From Pseudolysinimonas sp. (GTDB taxonomy: Bacteria > Actinomycetota > Actinomycetes > Actinomycetales > Microbacteriaceae): 64,000 bases of DNA. Made by a program: the position numbers and the translations under genes. This document shows positions 52,259 through 62,353 of the stretch, piece after piece; the first letter of the stretch is position 1, and the number at the start of each line of letters is the position of its first letter. The stretch lies in contig DATJFV010000046.1 of the NCBI GenBank assembly GCA_035495435.1, positions 24,072 through 88,071 of the forward strand, in the 5' to 3' direction. The notes under the pieces were generated by a model. The model was not told the origin of the DNA. It made no database searches and saw only the letters and a list, made by a program, of their open reading frames with translations.

Positions 52259-53570
52259 TCGGGTTCACGATGTCGGCGTAGATGAGCAGGATGCTCATCG
52301 CACCGAGCACCGCGGTGACGACCAGGGTCACGGGAACCAGTCGCGCGGTGTCGACCGGCCCGGGGTCGGGACGTTTCAGCAGCTTCGCGACCCGGCGCCG
52401 CAGCGCCTCCCAGAGAGCTCCGGCGACGTGGCCGCCGTCGAGCGGCAGCAACGGAACGAGGTTGAACACGAACAGGGCGACGTTGAGCCCGGCGAGGATC
52501 TGCAGCAGCGACGCCAGACGGTCGACGAGCGAGATCTTGTCGTAGCTGGCGATCTCACCGGCGACCCGGCCGATGCCGACGACGCTGATCGGCCCGTTGG
52601 GGTCGCGGTCGGCGCCGCCGAACGCCGCCTGAGCGACCTGGACCAGGCGTACGGGCAGCGTGATGATCACTTTGCCCACCGAGACGATGTTGTCCCCCAC
52701 CGCCGGCAGCACCGCGGTGACCGGTGCCGGCCGGATCTCCTGCACGTAGCCGATGCCGATGTAGCCCACCTGCTGGGTGACCATGTTGCCGCCGAGGTCG
52801 GTGACCGGCTGACCCAGGCTGTTGCGCACCGGCAGGGCGTTGGTGATCGGGGTGAGCGCGACGTGCTGCTGCGAACCCGCCCGCTCGATCACGACGTCGA
52901 GCGTCGTGCCCGCCGATGCACGGATGATCTCGCCGATCTGGTCCGCGCTGGTGATGGCGGTGCCGTCGATGCTGACGAACCGGTCGCCCGGCTTCAGGCC
53001 CGCTGCCGCTGCCGGAGTCGGCGGGTCGGCCGGGGTGCACTCGGTGCGGCTGGTGTCGGTGGTGAGGCACTCGCTGACCCCGCCGATCGTGGTGGTGTTC
53101 TGTGCCCACCCGAAACCGCAGAGCACGATCGCATAGAGCACGATCGCGATCAGCAGGTTCATGCTGGGCCCGCCCAGCATGATGACGATGCGCTTCCACA
53201 CCGGCAGCTTGTAGAAGACGCGGTTCTCATCCCCTGCGCCGATCTGATCGGCGCTCGACGTGCGTGCGTCCTGGACGAGCGTGTCGAAGAAGCCGGTGGA
53301 TGCCGTGCGCGGCTTCGATCCCGGTTTACCGGGCGGGTACATACCGGCCATCGAGATGTAGCCGCCGAGCGGCAGCGCCTTGACGCCGTACTCGGTCTCG
53401 CCAACTTTGCGCTTCCACACCGTCGGGCCGAACCCGATCATGTACTGACCGACCTTCACGCCGAACTTCTTGGCCGGCATCAGGTGCCCCAGTTCGTGCA
53501 GCCCGATCGACAGCGCGAGCCCCGCCAGGACCACGAGGATGCCCAGCACGAAGAGCAGCACGGTTTCCAC
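52245..53570 (-). CDS. rseP: M50 family site-2 zinc metalloprotease (RseP/Rip1-type)
   Basis: Start at GTG 53570. HELGH zinc motif in the first TM, a PDZ-like central region, and NLVPLLPLDGG. Confidence 0.87.
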   Translation of the reverse strand: METVLLFVLGILVVLAGLALSIGLHELGHLMPAKKFGVKVGQYMIGFGPTVWKRKVGETEYGVKALPLGGYISMAGMYPPGKPGSKPRTASTGFFDTLVQDARTSSADQIGAGDENRVFYKLPVWKRIVIMLGGPSMNLLIAIVLYAIVLCGFGWAQNTTTIGGVSECLTTDTSRTECTPADPPTPAAAAGLKPGDRFVSIDGTAITSADQIGEIIRASAGTTLDVVIERAGSQQHVALTPITNALPVRNSLGQPVTDLGGNMVTQQVGYIGIGYVQEIRPAPVTAVLPAVGDNIVSVGKVIITLPVRLVQVAQAAFGGADRDPNGPISVVGIGRVAGEIASYDKISLVDRLASLLQILAGLNVALFVFNLVPLLPLDGGHVAGALWEALRRRVAKLLKRPDPGPVDTARLVPVTLVVTAVLGAMSILLIYADIVNPISVF

Positions 53571-53643
53571 GTCGGTCAGGGTACGTGACGGAGTCTGTGA
53601 ACGCGCGTCCCCGTTGTGGTGGGTCGGCTGTGAACGGTTCGGG

Positions 53644-54666
53644 CTATCCGCGGCGCGGGCGGAACAGGCGCGCGACCAGCGTCCCCAGGGCGAAGAGGAC
53701 GAGCAGCGCCGCGGCGGCCCCGACGATGACGACGACACCGAACGGGATGCCGAACACCGTCACTGGGCGGGTCACCGTGTACGCCGGCTGCAGCGGCGCG
53801 TCGTCGCCGGCCTGCACGACGACGAGGTCACCGGGGATCTGCACCTTCGGCGACGGGAAGTACAGGTCGACCACGGTGAGATACGCACCGAGATCGGCGA
53901 CCACGGCCGGCGCTGGTCCCGCCCATGCCGTCGCCGCCTGCGCCAGCGGTGTCGACGGGTCATCGATCCCCGTCACCTCGGCGCGGTGATCCTGCACGAT
54001 GTAGAGCCGCGCCTGCTGCACCGTTTCGGCGCGCTTCGACAGCGCCATCGGGTACACCAGCCGGTCGGAGTCGAAGGTGAACCGCACCGGGTCGAGCATC
54101 CCGTCGAGCGGTGCGTCGCCGGTGAGCTTGAGGGCGACGAAGTACCAGCCCTTCGCGACGTACTCCTGCAGACCGTCGGCGATCTCGGGGCGGATGCCAT
54201 AGCCGTTCTCGTCGAGCCAGGCGTTCAGCCCGGAGGCGTCGTCGGCCGCGAGAGTGGTGGCCTGCACCGGTCCGAGTTGCACCTGATCGAGCACGGTGGG
54301 CGGTCCGCCCGCCGACGAACCGTCTCCCCCGCCGGTGGCCCACCAGTCGTCGACGACGACCTCTTTGGGGGCGATGGCGTCCTCGATGAGCGCGAAGGTG
54401 CCGCGGTCGCCGGTCGTGACGGTCGCCGGCGACGGGGTGGGGAAGATCAGGCCCATATCGTCCGCCTCGGTCAGCATGTCCAGGATCAACTCGATGCGCT
54501 CCTGCGAGCCGTCCCACGACAGGATCGCGAGTTCCTTGTCGACCACGACGTCCTGGCCCGGTTTCGGCGCGGGTGCCCCGCAGGCGCAGGCGACGGCCGG
54601 TGCGGCGACCTGCAGACCCAGCAGCAGCGCCGCGGCGGGGACGATGGCCAGGAACCTGGTCTTCAT
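53644..54666 (-). CDS. secreted protein with a C-terminal membrane anchor (resembles DUF2330 family)
   Basis: Start at ATG 54666, with an ATGA overlap with the dxr stop. Signal peptide followed by ACACG. C-terminal TM helix followed by RLFRPRRG. I assigned the family from memory only. Confidence 0.72.
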   Translation of the reverse strand: MKTRFLAIVPAAALLLGLQVAAPAVACACGAPAPKPGQDVVVDKELAILSWDGSQERIELILDMLTEADDMGLIFPTPSPATVTTGDRGTFALIEDAIAPKEVVVDDWWATGGGDGSSAGGPPTVLDQVQLGPVQATTLAADDASGLNAWLDENGYGIRPEIADGLQEYVAKGWYFVALKLTGDAPLDGMLDPVRFTFDSDRLVYPMALSKRAETVQQARLYIVQDHRAEVTGIDDPSTPLAQAATAWAGPAPAVVADLGAYLTVVDLYFPSPKVQIPGDLVVVQAGDDAPLQPAYTVTRPVTVFGIPFGVVVIVGAAAALLVLFALGTLVARLFRPRRG

Positions 54667-55739
54667 GCCTCCAGTATGGCGTCGGCGCGGGCGCGGGCCC
54701 ATCGCTCCGCCTCGAGCACGCCGTCGAGGGTCATCGGCATCGGATCGTGTGCGTCGACCACCCGCTGGACGGTCTCGACGATGCTCAGCCACGGAATCCG
54801 GCCGGCGTGGAATGCGGCGACCGCCTGCTCGTTCGCCGCGTTGAACACGGCCGGGTAGGTCGCCCCCGCCGTCCCGACCTGCTTGGCCAGGTCGACGGCC
54901 GGGAAGGCGACGGAGTCGAGCGGCTCGAAGGTCCAGGTCTGCGCCGTGGTCCAGTCCAGCGGCACCCCGACCCCCGCAACCCGGTGCGGCCAGTCGAGCC
55001 CGAGGGAGATCGGCAGGCGCATGTCGGGCGGGCTCGCCTGGGCGATGGTCGAGCCGTCGGTGAACTCGACCATCGAGTGCACGATCGACTGCGGATGCAC
55101 GACCACGTCGATCGCCTCGTAGGGCACGTCGAAGAGCAGGTGCGCCTCGATCACCTCGAGCCCCTTGTTGACCAGGGTGGAGGAGTTGGTGGTGACCACG
55201 AGCCCCATGTCCCATGTGGGGTGGGCCAAAGCTTCCTGCGGGGTGACCGAGGTGAGCGAGTCACGGGTGCGCCCGCGGAACGGACCGCCGGATGCCGTGA
55301 GCACCAGGCGGCGCACCTCGCTGTGCTCCCCCGCCCGCAACGCCTGCGCGATCGCCGAATGCTCAGAGTCGACGGGCACGATCTGGCCCGGCCGCGCGGC
55401 GCGGGTGACGAGGTCGCCGCCGACGATCAGGCTCTCCTTGTTGGCCAGCGCCAGGGTCGCACCCGATTCCAGGGCGGCCAGCGTGGGCGCGAGGCCCACG
55501 GATCCGGTGATCCCGTTGAGCACCACGTCGGCCGGGGTCGCACGCACCAGCGCGACCGCCTCATCCACCCCGAGCGCGGTGCGCTCGACGCCGAAAGCGG
55601 ATGCCTGAGCGGCAAGCCCCGCGGCATCCGACCCGGCGGCGAGGCCCACGATCTCGAACCGGTCGCGGTTCGCGGCGATGACATCGAGCGCCTGGGTGCC
55701 GATGGAACCGGTGGAGCCGAGGATCAGGACGCGACGCAC
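54663..55739 (-). CDS. dxr: 1-deoxy-D-xylulose 5-phosphate reductoisomerase
   Basis: [15 protein letters not shown], ...NKESLI..., VDSEHSAI. Confidence 0.96.
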   Translation of the reverse strand: MRRVLILGSTGSIGTQALDVIAANRDRFEIVGLAAGSDAAGLAAQASAFGVERTALGVDEAVALVRATPADVVLNGITGSVGLAPTLAALESGATLALANKESLIVGGDLVTRAARPGQIVPVDSEHSAIAQALRAGEHSEVRRLVLTASGGPFRGRTRDSLTSVTPQEALAHPTWDMGLVVTTNSSTLVNKGLEVIEAHLLFDVPYEAIDVVVHPQSIVHSMVEFTDGSTIAQASPPDMRLPISLGLDWPHRVAGVGVPLDWTTAQTWTFEPLDSVAFPAVDLAKQVGTAGATYPAVFNAANEQAVAAFHAGRIPWLSIVETVQRVVDAHDPMPMTLDGVLEAERWARARADAILEA

Positions 55740-55776
55740 GCTGTCAACCTATCCCCCACTCCACCGGCACCCGGCG

Positions 55777-56757
55777 TCAGGCGGACGCGGTCGCGAGGAT
55801 GTCGACCACGAACACCAGGGTGTCGTCGGCCGCGATCCCGGCGGACGAGTTGCCCCCCTGCGGGCCGTAGCCCTGGTCGGGCGGGATGATCACGACGACG
55901 CGCGACCCGACGGTCTGACCGACGAGAGCCTTGCCGAACCCGGCGATCACGCCGTCGGTGGTGAAGGTCGCCGGCCCGCGGCCCCAGCTCTGGTCGAACA
56001 CCTCGCCGCCGGTCCAGTTGACGCCCTGGTACTGCACGGTGACGCTGTCACCGTCGCCGACCTTCGGACCCGACCCGGTGATCACGGTGGCGATCTTCAG
56101 GTCGGCGGGCGGCTCGGCGTCGGGAATGGTGACGCTGGGCTTGCCGTCGGCGTCCCATGTGATGGCGGGGAAGCCGTCGGGCAGCGGCGAGGGGTCGCCC
56201 TCGGCCTGGGTGGGCAGCACGTCGACGACATCGACGACGAAGACGACCGTCTCGCCGGCACCGATGCCGAGCTGGTCATTGCCGGTGTCGCCGAACGCGT
56301 CGGCCGGCGGGACGACGCTCACGACGCGCGACCCGACCGTGGAGCAACGGATCGTCTTGACCAGACCCGGGAGGAGGGCCGACTCGTCGACGGTGGCCTG
56401 GAACAGCTGAGCCGCGTCATAGCCGGTCGAGTCGAGCGATTTGCCGGTGGAGCCGTTGTAGACGCTGAAGTGGATCTGGGCGGTCGCGCCGTCCTGCACC
56501 TCGGCTCCGTCGCCGGTGATCACCTCGGTGCGCTGCAGCGCCGACACGCTGAGCGGCGCATTGAAGTCGACCTTCGGCTCGGTGTCGAAGTCGCCGGTCA
56601 CGGTCACCGCGTCGGAGATCGGACCGCTCGGTGCGCAGCCCGCGGGGGTGTCGGTGCCCGCCGGTGACGGCTCGGATGCGGTGTCGGGGGCACAGGCGGC
56701 GAGGCCGATCAGGAGGGCGGGCGCGGCGAGCGCGACGGCGAGACGGGAGGTACGCAT
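55777..56757 (-). CDS. FKBP-type peptidyl-prolyl isomerase lipoprotein (two FKBP-like domains)
   Basis: Start at ATG 56757. Lipobox LAAC. Only the C-terminal 326 aa of the 1032-aa track ORF look protein-like. Confidence 0.83.
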   Translation of the reverse strand: MRTSRLAVALAAPALLIGLAACAPDTASEPSPAGTDTPAGCAPSGPISDAVTVTGDFDTEPKVDFNAPLSVSALQRTEVITGDGAEVQDGATAQIHFSVYNGSTGKSLDSTGYDAAQLFQATVDESALLPGLVKTIRCSTVGSRVVSVVPPADAFGDTGNDQLGIGAGETVVFVVDVVDVLPTQAEGDPSPLPDGFPAITWDADGKPSVTIPDAEPPADLKIATVITGSGPKVGDGDSVTVQYQGVNWTGGEVFDQSWGRGPATFTTDGVIAGFGKALVGQTVGSRVVVIIPPDQGYGPQGGNSSAGIAADDTLVFVVDILATASA

Positions 56758-56805
56758 CCGGCTATCCTCCCCCATCCGGCCTTGACGCGAGCTTAGGCTC
56801 GATGC

Positions 56806-57840
56806 ATGACCGCGCTGGGCGACCTGACCCCCACCCCGCGCCCGCCGGTCCCGCCCCGGCGCTGGCCGCTGGCACTGGGGGTCGTGAGCACGCTGCTGAT
56901 CGTGGGCGTGGTCGTCGTGCTGTCGCCTTGGGACCGGTCGCGCGGGCAGTGGCTGCAGGATCAGTTCACGGTGCTCACCCAGCCCTCCCCGGCCGACATC
57001 ACCGCGATCGCGGACGCGACCGGGATGAGTGACGACGGCCGCCTGATCTTCCTCGCCTCCACCCCTGAGGTCGAGGACGCCGATGCCTTCAACGCCGACT
57101 GTCAGGTGGAATCCCGCGGAACGCTCGGCTGCTTCGATGGCAGCGACATCTACATCTACCGGGTCACCGATCCGCGTCTGCGCGGCACGATCGAGGTCAC
57201 GGCCGCCCACGAGATGCTGCATGCCGCGTACCAGCGACTGTCGCCCGAGGAGCGCGCGCGGGTCGACGCGCTGGTCGCCCAGGCGGTGAAGGCGCTTCCG
57301 GCCGACGACCCGGCTTTCGCCGACCTGGCCTCGTACCCGAAGTCCGAGTGGCCCGACGAATGGCACTCGCGCCTCGGCAGCGAGTTCGCCGGCCTGCCCG
57401 CGGCGCTCGAGAAGCACTACGACCGGTACTTCAGCGACCGCGCCAAGGTGCTGGCTCTGGCAACGGCCTCGACGGCGCAACTGCGCGACCTCGAGGCGCA
57501 GCTGAGCGATCTGCAGACCCGTGCCGACGCCCTGAGCGACGAGATCACGACCCGCACGGCGGCGTATGACGATGCGCTCGCCGCCTATGACGCCGATGTC
57601 GCGGCATTCAATGAGAAGGCCGACTCCGGGGGGTTCACCTCGCAGGCGCAGTTCGATCGCGAGCGCGCCGCCCTGGTCGACCGGCAGCGCGACCTGGCTC
57701 GTGAGCAGAAAGCACTGAATCAGAAGGTCACGGAGTACAACTCGCTCGTTGCCCAACTCACCGCGCTCGACGCGGACTACGCCGATCTCTATCACAGCCT
57801 CGACAGCACGTCGGGGCCGAGCGGCGCACCGCAGGGGTAG
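56806..57840 (+). CDS. membrane-anchored protein with an HExxH motif and a C-terminal coiled coil
   Basis: Single N-terminal TM helix (LALGVVSTLLIVGVVVVL), AAHEMLHA, and a heptad-like Ala/Asp/Leu/Gln-rich tail. Confidence 0.7.
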   Translation: MTALGDLTPTPRPPVPPRRWPLALGVVSTLLIVGVVVVLSPWDRSRGQWLQDQFTVLTQPSPADITAIADATGMSDDGRLIFLASTPEVEDADAFNADCQVESRGTLGCFDGSDIYIYRVTDPRLRGTIEVTAAHEMLHAAYQRLSPEERARVDALVAQAVKALPADDPAFADLASYPKSEWPDEWHSRLGSEFAGLPAALEKHYDRYFSDRAKVLALATASTAQLRDLEAQLSDLQTRADALSDEITTRTAAYDDALAAYDADVAAFNEKADSGGFTSQAQFDRERAALVDRQRDLAREQKALNQKVTEYNSLVAQLTALDADYADLYHSLDSTSGPSGAPQG

Positions 57841-57842
57841 CG

Positions 57843-59069
57843 CTACGAGCCGGCGGGCTCTGCGGGCCGGGCTGCCGCGGGCGCTTTGGCCCGAGCACCG
57901 AGCACCTGCTCGACCCCGGTGACCAGGCCGATCAGCACCGCGACCGCACCCAGGGCGACGACCGCCGGCAGAAGCGCGAACACGGGGATGAGCAGCACGA
58001 AGGCCGCCGCTCCGGCGAAGCGGATCAGCGCCCACTCGCCGGCGACGCGTCGCCAGATGACCGCCGTACCGGCGACGTAGAGGCCGATGCCGCCGCCGAG
58101 TGCCACCGCGCCGAATACCCCGAACGGCTGCGCCTTCTCGACCATGTGCATCGCCTGCTCGACGCCGAGGGCGGCGAGCACGACACCCGCGACGAGGGCC
58201 AGGTGCAGGTAGGTGTACACGTCGGTGGCGGTTCCCGTGCGGCGCACACCTTCGCGCTCGGCCACGGCATGCTCGGTCTTGGCCGCGAAACGCGCGAAGT
58301 AGATCCACCACATGCCGACCGCGAGCCCGACCGCCAGCACCGAGCCGACGATGATCGCCACGCTGACCGGTTCGCGCCCCACGCCGATCCCGATGGCGAC
58401 GATCGACTCGCCGAGGGCGAGGATCACGACGAGGCCGTGTCGCTCGGCGAAGTGCGTCACCGAGTTCAGCCGCCACTCGCCACCGCGCGAGGTCAGGTAC
58501 ACCAGCGCCAGGTCGAGCACGATCGCGACCAGCCAGATCCAGACCTGGTACGGGGCGCCCACCATCGCTCCGATGACCAGCAGGGCCGCGGCCGGAATGA
58601 GGGCCGCGCTCATGCTCAGGATGACCTGCCGGCGCAGTGCGGCATCCGACCCCGCGGCGATCACGTAGGCGACGGCGTGAACCACTCGCACCGCCGTCAG
58701 GCAGATGACGAACACGATGGGTGCGAACAGACCGCCCGGCAGGTCGGAGTACGCCTCGGGGATGACGAGCGAGACCAAGAACATGAGCGCGATCGCGAGC
58801 AGGACGGCGATCCGCACCACGCCGCGGTCGGCGTGCGCCTGATTCGCCAGCCACGTGTAGGACGTCCACGACCACCAGATGAGAGCGAGGATCACGAGGC
58901 CCTGCAGCACCGAGAGAGCGTCGTGGCCGGTGGACATCAGGGCACTCACCTGGGTGAAGGCGAACACGTAGACCAGGTCGAAGAAGAGCTCGAGCGTCGT
59001 GGCCCGGTCGCCTTCGCGCGAGGTCTCGGCAGCCAGCAGCCGCGACGAGAACGGGTTCTTGATCGTCAT
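57843..59069 (-). CDS. low-temperature-requirement A (LtrA) family membrane protein
   Basis: N-terminal ATTLELFFDLVYVFAFTQ motif. About 10 or more TM segments. Confidence 0.85.
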   Translation of the reverse strand: MTIKNPFSSRLLAAETSREGDRATTLELFFDLVYVFAFTQVSALMSTGHDALSVLQGLVILALIWWSWTSYTWLANQAHADRGVVRIAVLLAIALMFLVSLVIPEAYSDLPGGLFAPIVFVICLTAVRVVHAVAYVIAAGSDAALRRQVILSMSAALIPAAALLVIGAMVGAPYQVWIWLVAIVLDLALVYLTSRGGEWRLNSVTHFAERHGLVVILALGESIVAIGIGVGREPVSVAIIVGSVLAVGLAVGMWWIYFARFAAKTEHAVAEREGVRRTGTATDVYTYLHLALVAGVVLAALGVEQAMHMVEKAQPFGVFGAVALGGGIGLYVAGTAVIWRRVAGEWALIRFAGAAAFVLLIPVFALLPAVVALGAVAVLIGLVTGVEQVLGARAKAPAAARPAEPAGS

Positions 59070-59335
59070 GCGGCGAGCTTGATCGGGGCCCGCGGCACCG
59101 CCAGGTCGATGACGGCCGCCTCGTCGGCGACCTCGCGCAGCAGATCGAGAACGGTCATGTCGAGCGCCTCGCAGATCACGGCGAGGATCTCGCTCGAGGC
59201 CTCTTTGCGGCCGCGCTCGATCTCGGACAGATACGGCATCGAGATGCGCGCCTCGTCGGCGACGACCCGCAGCGTGAGCGAGCGGTCCAAGCGGATGCGG
59301 CGCAGCGTCGCGCCGATGGCCTGCCTCAGCAACAT
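59066..59335 (-). CDS. XRE-family helix-turn-helix transcriptional regulator
   Basis: LRRIRLDRSLTLRVVADEARISMPYLSEIERGRK. ATGA overlap with ltrA. Confidence 0.85.
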   Translation of the reverse strand: MLLRQAIGATLRRIRLDRSLTLRVVADEARISMPYLSEIERGRKEASSEILAVICEALDMTVLDLLREVADEAAVIDLAVPRAPIKLAA

Positions 59336-59375
59336 GGCACGACCCTAACCGGGGCGTCCGACGCCCCGCAGCATG

Positions 59376-59873
59376 TCAGGCGCCCGCTTCGCTCTCAGCG
59401 GACAGCGCCGGGCCCGACGCGACCTCGGTCACCGGCTCGTGATGCACCGGGAAGTTCACGCTCGCGGCGATGAAGCAGATGCGTTCGGCCTCGTCGTGCA
59501 GGCTCTGGGCCAGCGCAGGGTCGCCGGATGAGATGGTCACCCGCGGGCGCAGCGTCACCTCGGTGAAGTGCCCGCCCTCACCCTCGGTGCGGATGCTGCC
59601 GGTCGCCTCGTCCGTGTACGCCTCCACCACGATGCCGTGCTTCGCCGCCAGGTAGAGATAGCTGAGCAGATGGCACTCGACGAGGGCCGCCATCAGGGTC
59701 TCCTCCGGGTTCCAGCGGTCGGCGTCGCCGTGGAAGGCCCGCGCGGCCGATCCGAGCAAGGGCGGCCGCCCCGGTGTCGTCAGGGTGTTGTCCCGGCCGA
59801 AGTCGCGATGGCCGGAGGTACCGGTTCCTCGATTGCCGGTCCATTCGACGGAAACCGCAAAAGAATGGTCCAT
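59376..59873 (-). CDS. OsmC/Ohr family protein
   Basis: Start at ATG 59873 (MDHSFAV). NPEETLMAALVECH motif. Confidence 0.83.
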   Translation of the reverse strand: MDHSFAVSVEWTGNRGTGTSGHRDFGRDNTLTTPGRPPLLGSAARAFHGDADRWNPEETLMAALVECHLLSYLYLAAKHGIVVEAYTDEATGSIRTEGEGGHFTEVTLRPRVTISSGDPALAQSLHDEAERICFIAASVNFPVHHEPVTEVASGPALSAESEAGA

Positions 59874-59959
59874 TTCCTTCGAATTCCCTTCCTCGACGCA
59901 CATTTGGCGCGCGATTGCGCAGCAAGCCGCGGCCAGGCCCGGGGTCTAGACTCTGAGGC

Positions 59960-61303
59960 ATGTCCGACACGCTTGCTCCCACCGTAGAGGCCGTGCCCAC
60001 CGAGCGCCGGGTGGTCACCGCGATCCCCGGACCGAAGTCCGCCGAGCTGCATCAGCGCCGCCAGGCCGTGGTCTCGGCCGGCGTCTCCTCCGCCCTGCCG
60101 GTCTACATCGAGCGCGCCCACGGGGCCGTGCTGGTCGACGTCGACGGCAACGCGTTCATCGACCTCGGCGCCGGAATCGGGGTCACCACCGTCGGTCATA
60201 CCGTCGACACGGTGGTCGAAGCAGCCCGCGAGCAGCTCGGCGACGTGCTGCACACGCTCTTCACCATCACGCCCTACGAAGAGTACGTGCGGGTCTGCGA
60301 GCTGCTCGCCGAGCACACCCCCGGCGACTTCGCCAAGAAGAGCGTGCTGGTCAACTCCGGCGCCGAAGCGGTCGAGAACGGCGTGAAGATCGCCCGCAAG
60401 TACACCGGGCGCAACGGTGTCGCGGTGCTCGAGCACGCCTACCACGGGCGCACCAACCTCACCATGGCGATGAACTTCAAGGCCTCGCCGTACGCGACCG
60501 GGTTCGGCCCCTTCGCCGGTGACGTGTACCGCGCGCCGAGCTCCTACCCGCTGCACGACGGCCTGTCGGGCGCCGACGCCGCCAAGCGCACCATCTCCTA
60601 CCTGGAGAAGACGGTCGGCGCCTCCGACCTGGCCTGCCTCGTCGTCGAGCCCATCCAGGGCGAGGGCGGCTTCATGGTCCCCGCGGAGGGCTACCTGCCG
60701 GCGCTTCAGGAGTGGTGCACCGCCAACGGCATCGTGTTCATCGCCGACGAGATCCAGAGCGGCATGGCCCGTACCGGCGCCTACTTCGCCAGCGAGCACT
60801 TCGGGCTGGTCCCCGATCTGGTGCTCTCGGCGAAGGGCATCGCGGGCGGCCTGCCGCTCGCGGGCGTCACCGGTCGCGCCGAGATCATGGACGCGTCGCA
60901 GCCGGGAGGCCTCGGCGGCACCTTCGGGGGCAACCCCGTGGCCTGCGCAGCCGCGATCGCGGTGTTCGAGCACATCGAGCGCGACGGACTGCTCGGCGAG
61001 GCGAAGCGCATCGAGGGGGTGCTGAAGCCCGCCCTGCTCGAGCTGCAGAAGCGGTTCCCGATCATCGCCGAGGTGCGCGGCATCGGCGCGATGCTGGCGA
61101 TCGAGTTCGTCGACCCGGCCACGCACGAGCCGCTGGCCGACGTGCCCGGCAAGGTTGCGGCGTTCGCCGCCCAGCAGGGTGTGCTCGTGCTGACCGCCGG
61201 AACCTATGGCAACGTCATCCGGTTCCTGCCGAGCCTGGCCATCACCGACGCCCAGCTGACCGACGCCGTCGGCGTCATCGGCGACGCGCTGGCCGCGCTC
61301 TAA
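59960..61303 (+). CDS. gabT: 4-aminobutyrate--2-oxoglutarate transaminase
   Basis: Class III aminotransferase with ADEIQSGMARTG and ...SAKGIAGGLP (PLP lysine). Confidence 0.9.
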   Translation: MSDTLAPTVEAVPTERRVVTAIPGPKSAELHQRRQAVVSAGVSSALPVYIERAHGAVLVDVDGNAFIDLGAGIGVTTVGHTVDTVVEAAREQLGDVLHTLFTITPYEEYVRVCELLAEHTPGDFAKKSVLVNSGAEAVENGVKIARKYTGRNGVAVLEHAYHGRTNLTMAMNFKASPYATGFGPFAGDVYRAPSSYPLHDGLSGADAAKRTISYLEKTVGASDLACLVVEPIQGEGGFMVPAEGYLPALQEWCTANGIVFIADEIQSGMARTGAYFASEHFGLVPDLVLSAKGIAGGLPLAGVTGRAEIMDASQPGGLGGTFGGNPVACAAAIAVFEHIERDGLLGEAKRIEGVLKPALLELQKRFPIIAEVRGIGAMLAIEFVDPATHEPLADVPGKVAAFAAQQGVLVLTAGTYGNVIRFLPSLAITDAQLTDAVGVIGDALAAL

Positions 61304-61307
61304 GACG

Positions 61308-62225
61308 GTGCCCGCGGCGCTCTCGCCCGCCGACTGCGTCGAACTGGCGGTCGTCGAACGCGACGGCTTCGTCGAGTCGCGCCACCTGGGCGCGGCGGTG
61401 CTGGTGGATGCCGACGGCCGGGTGCTCGAGGCGCTGGGCGACCCAGCGGGGCTGATCTACCCCCGCTCGGCGGTCAAGCCCCTGCAGGCCACGGCGGTGC
61501 TCTCCACCGGTGTCGTGCTCGAGGGCGAAGAACTGGTGCTGGCATCCGCCAGCCATGCCGGCTCACCCGCTCACGTGGAAATCGTGACGCGCATCCTCGC
61601 CTCGGCGGGGCTCGACGAGTCCTCGCTGCAGTGCCCGCCCGACTGGCCGCTGGACTCTCTGGCACGACACGAGGCGCCCGGCCCGCGACCCATCACCATG
61701 AACTGCTCAGGAAAGCACGCGGCGTTCCTGGCCGCCGCGGTGCACGGCGGGTGGTCGACCCGCGACTATCTCTCCCCCGAGCACCCGGTTCAGCGGGCGG
61801 TGGCGGCGACTATCGAAGAGTACGCCGGCGAGCGGGTGGCGCACTGGGGCATCGACGGATGCCACGCCCCCACCCCGGTGATCTCGCTCGCCGGACTGGC
61901 CCGCGCGGCATCCCGTGTCATCACCTCGGGTTCGCCCCTGCCCGCCGCGACTCGGGCACACCCGTGGGCGATCGACGGCACCGGGCGCGAGAACGCGGTC
62001 ACCATCCACGAGACCGGCGTGTTCGCCAAAATCGGGGCCGAGGGGGTGCTCGTGCTCGTCACGGCAGACGGTCACGCTGTTGCGGTGAAGACCCTCGACG
62101 GAGCCTCCCGCGCGCGCACGGCCGCGGGCCTGGAGCTGCTCGTGCGCGCCGGACTGGTCGAGCGCTCGCACGCGGATGCTGTGGTCGCGGAAGTCGTCGA
62201 CCCGGGGCTGCGGATCGCCTTCTGA
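61308..62225 (+). CDS. asparaginase-II (Rhizobium-type) family protein
   Basis: RSAVKPLQA, ASHAGSPAHV and NCSGKHAAF motifs. Confidence 0.78.
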   Translation: MPAALSPADCVELAVVERDGFVESRHLGAAVLVDADGRVLEALGDPAGLIYPRSAVKPLQATAVLSTGVVLEGEELVLASASHAGSPAHVEIVTRILASAGLDESSLQCPPDWPLDSLARHEAPGPRPITMNCSGKHAAFLAAAVHGGWSTRDYLSPEHPVQRAVAATIEEYAGERVAHWGIDGCHAPTPVISLAGLARAASRVITSGSPLPAATRAHPWAIDGTGRENAVTIHETGVFAKIGAEGVLVLVTADGHAVAVKTLDGASRARTAAGLELLVRAGLVERSHADAVVAEVVDPGLRIAF

Positions 62226-62266
62226 GCCGCCGCGCTGGCTCACGCGGATGAACTGCACTCACTCAC

Positions 62267-62344
62267 GCGGATGAGGAGTTCCGGTGCGACGCGCCCCGGC
62301 GAAGCCGGCGGGTTGGGCGTGTCGCGGGGGAACTCCTCATCCGC
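62267..62344. terminator. long composite stem-loop in a convergent intergenic region (bidirectional terminator or REP-like element)
   Basis: Perfect 16-bp outer stem GCGGATGAGGAGTTCC/GGAACTCCTCATCCGC. It encloses further 5-bp stems GCGAC/GTCGC and CCGGC/GCCGG. Confidence 0.5.
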
Positions 62345-62353
62345 ACGCAGAGG

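Noticed and set aside
56758-58875. N-terminal 700 aa of the 1032-aa ORF 55777..58875(-)
   Set aside because: Only the last 326 aa, from ATG 56757, which has a lipobox, look like a real protein (FKBP). The upstream part is Arg-rich and overlaps the well-supported LtrA gene and the HExxH gene.
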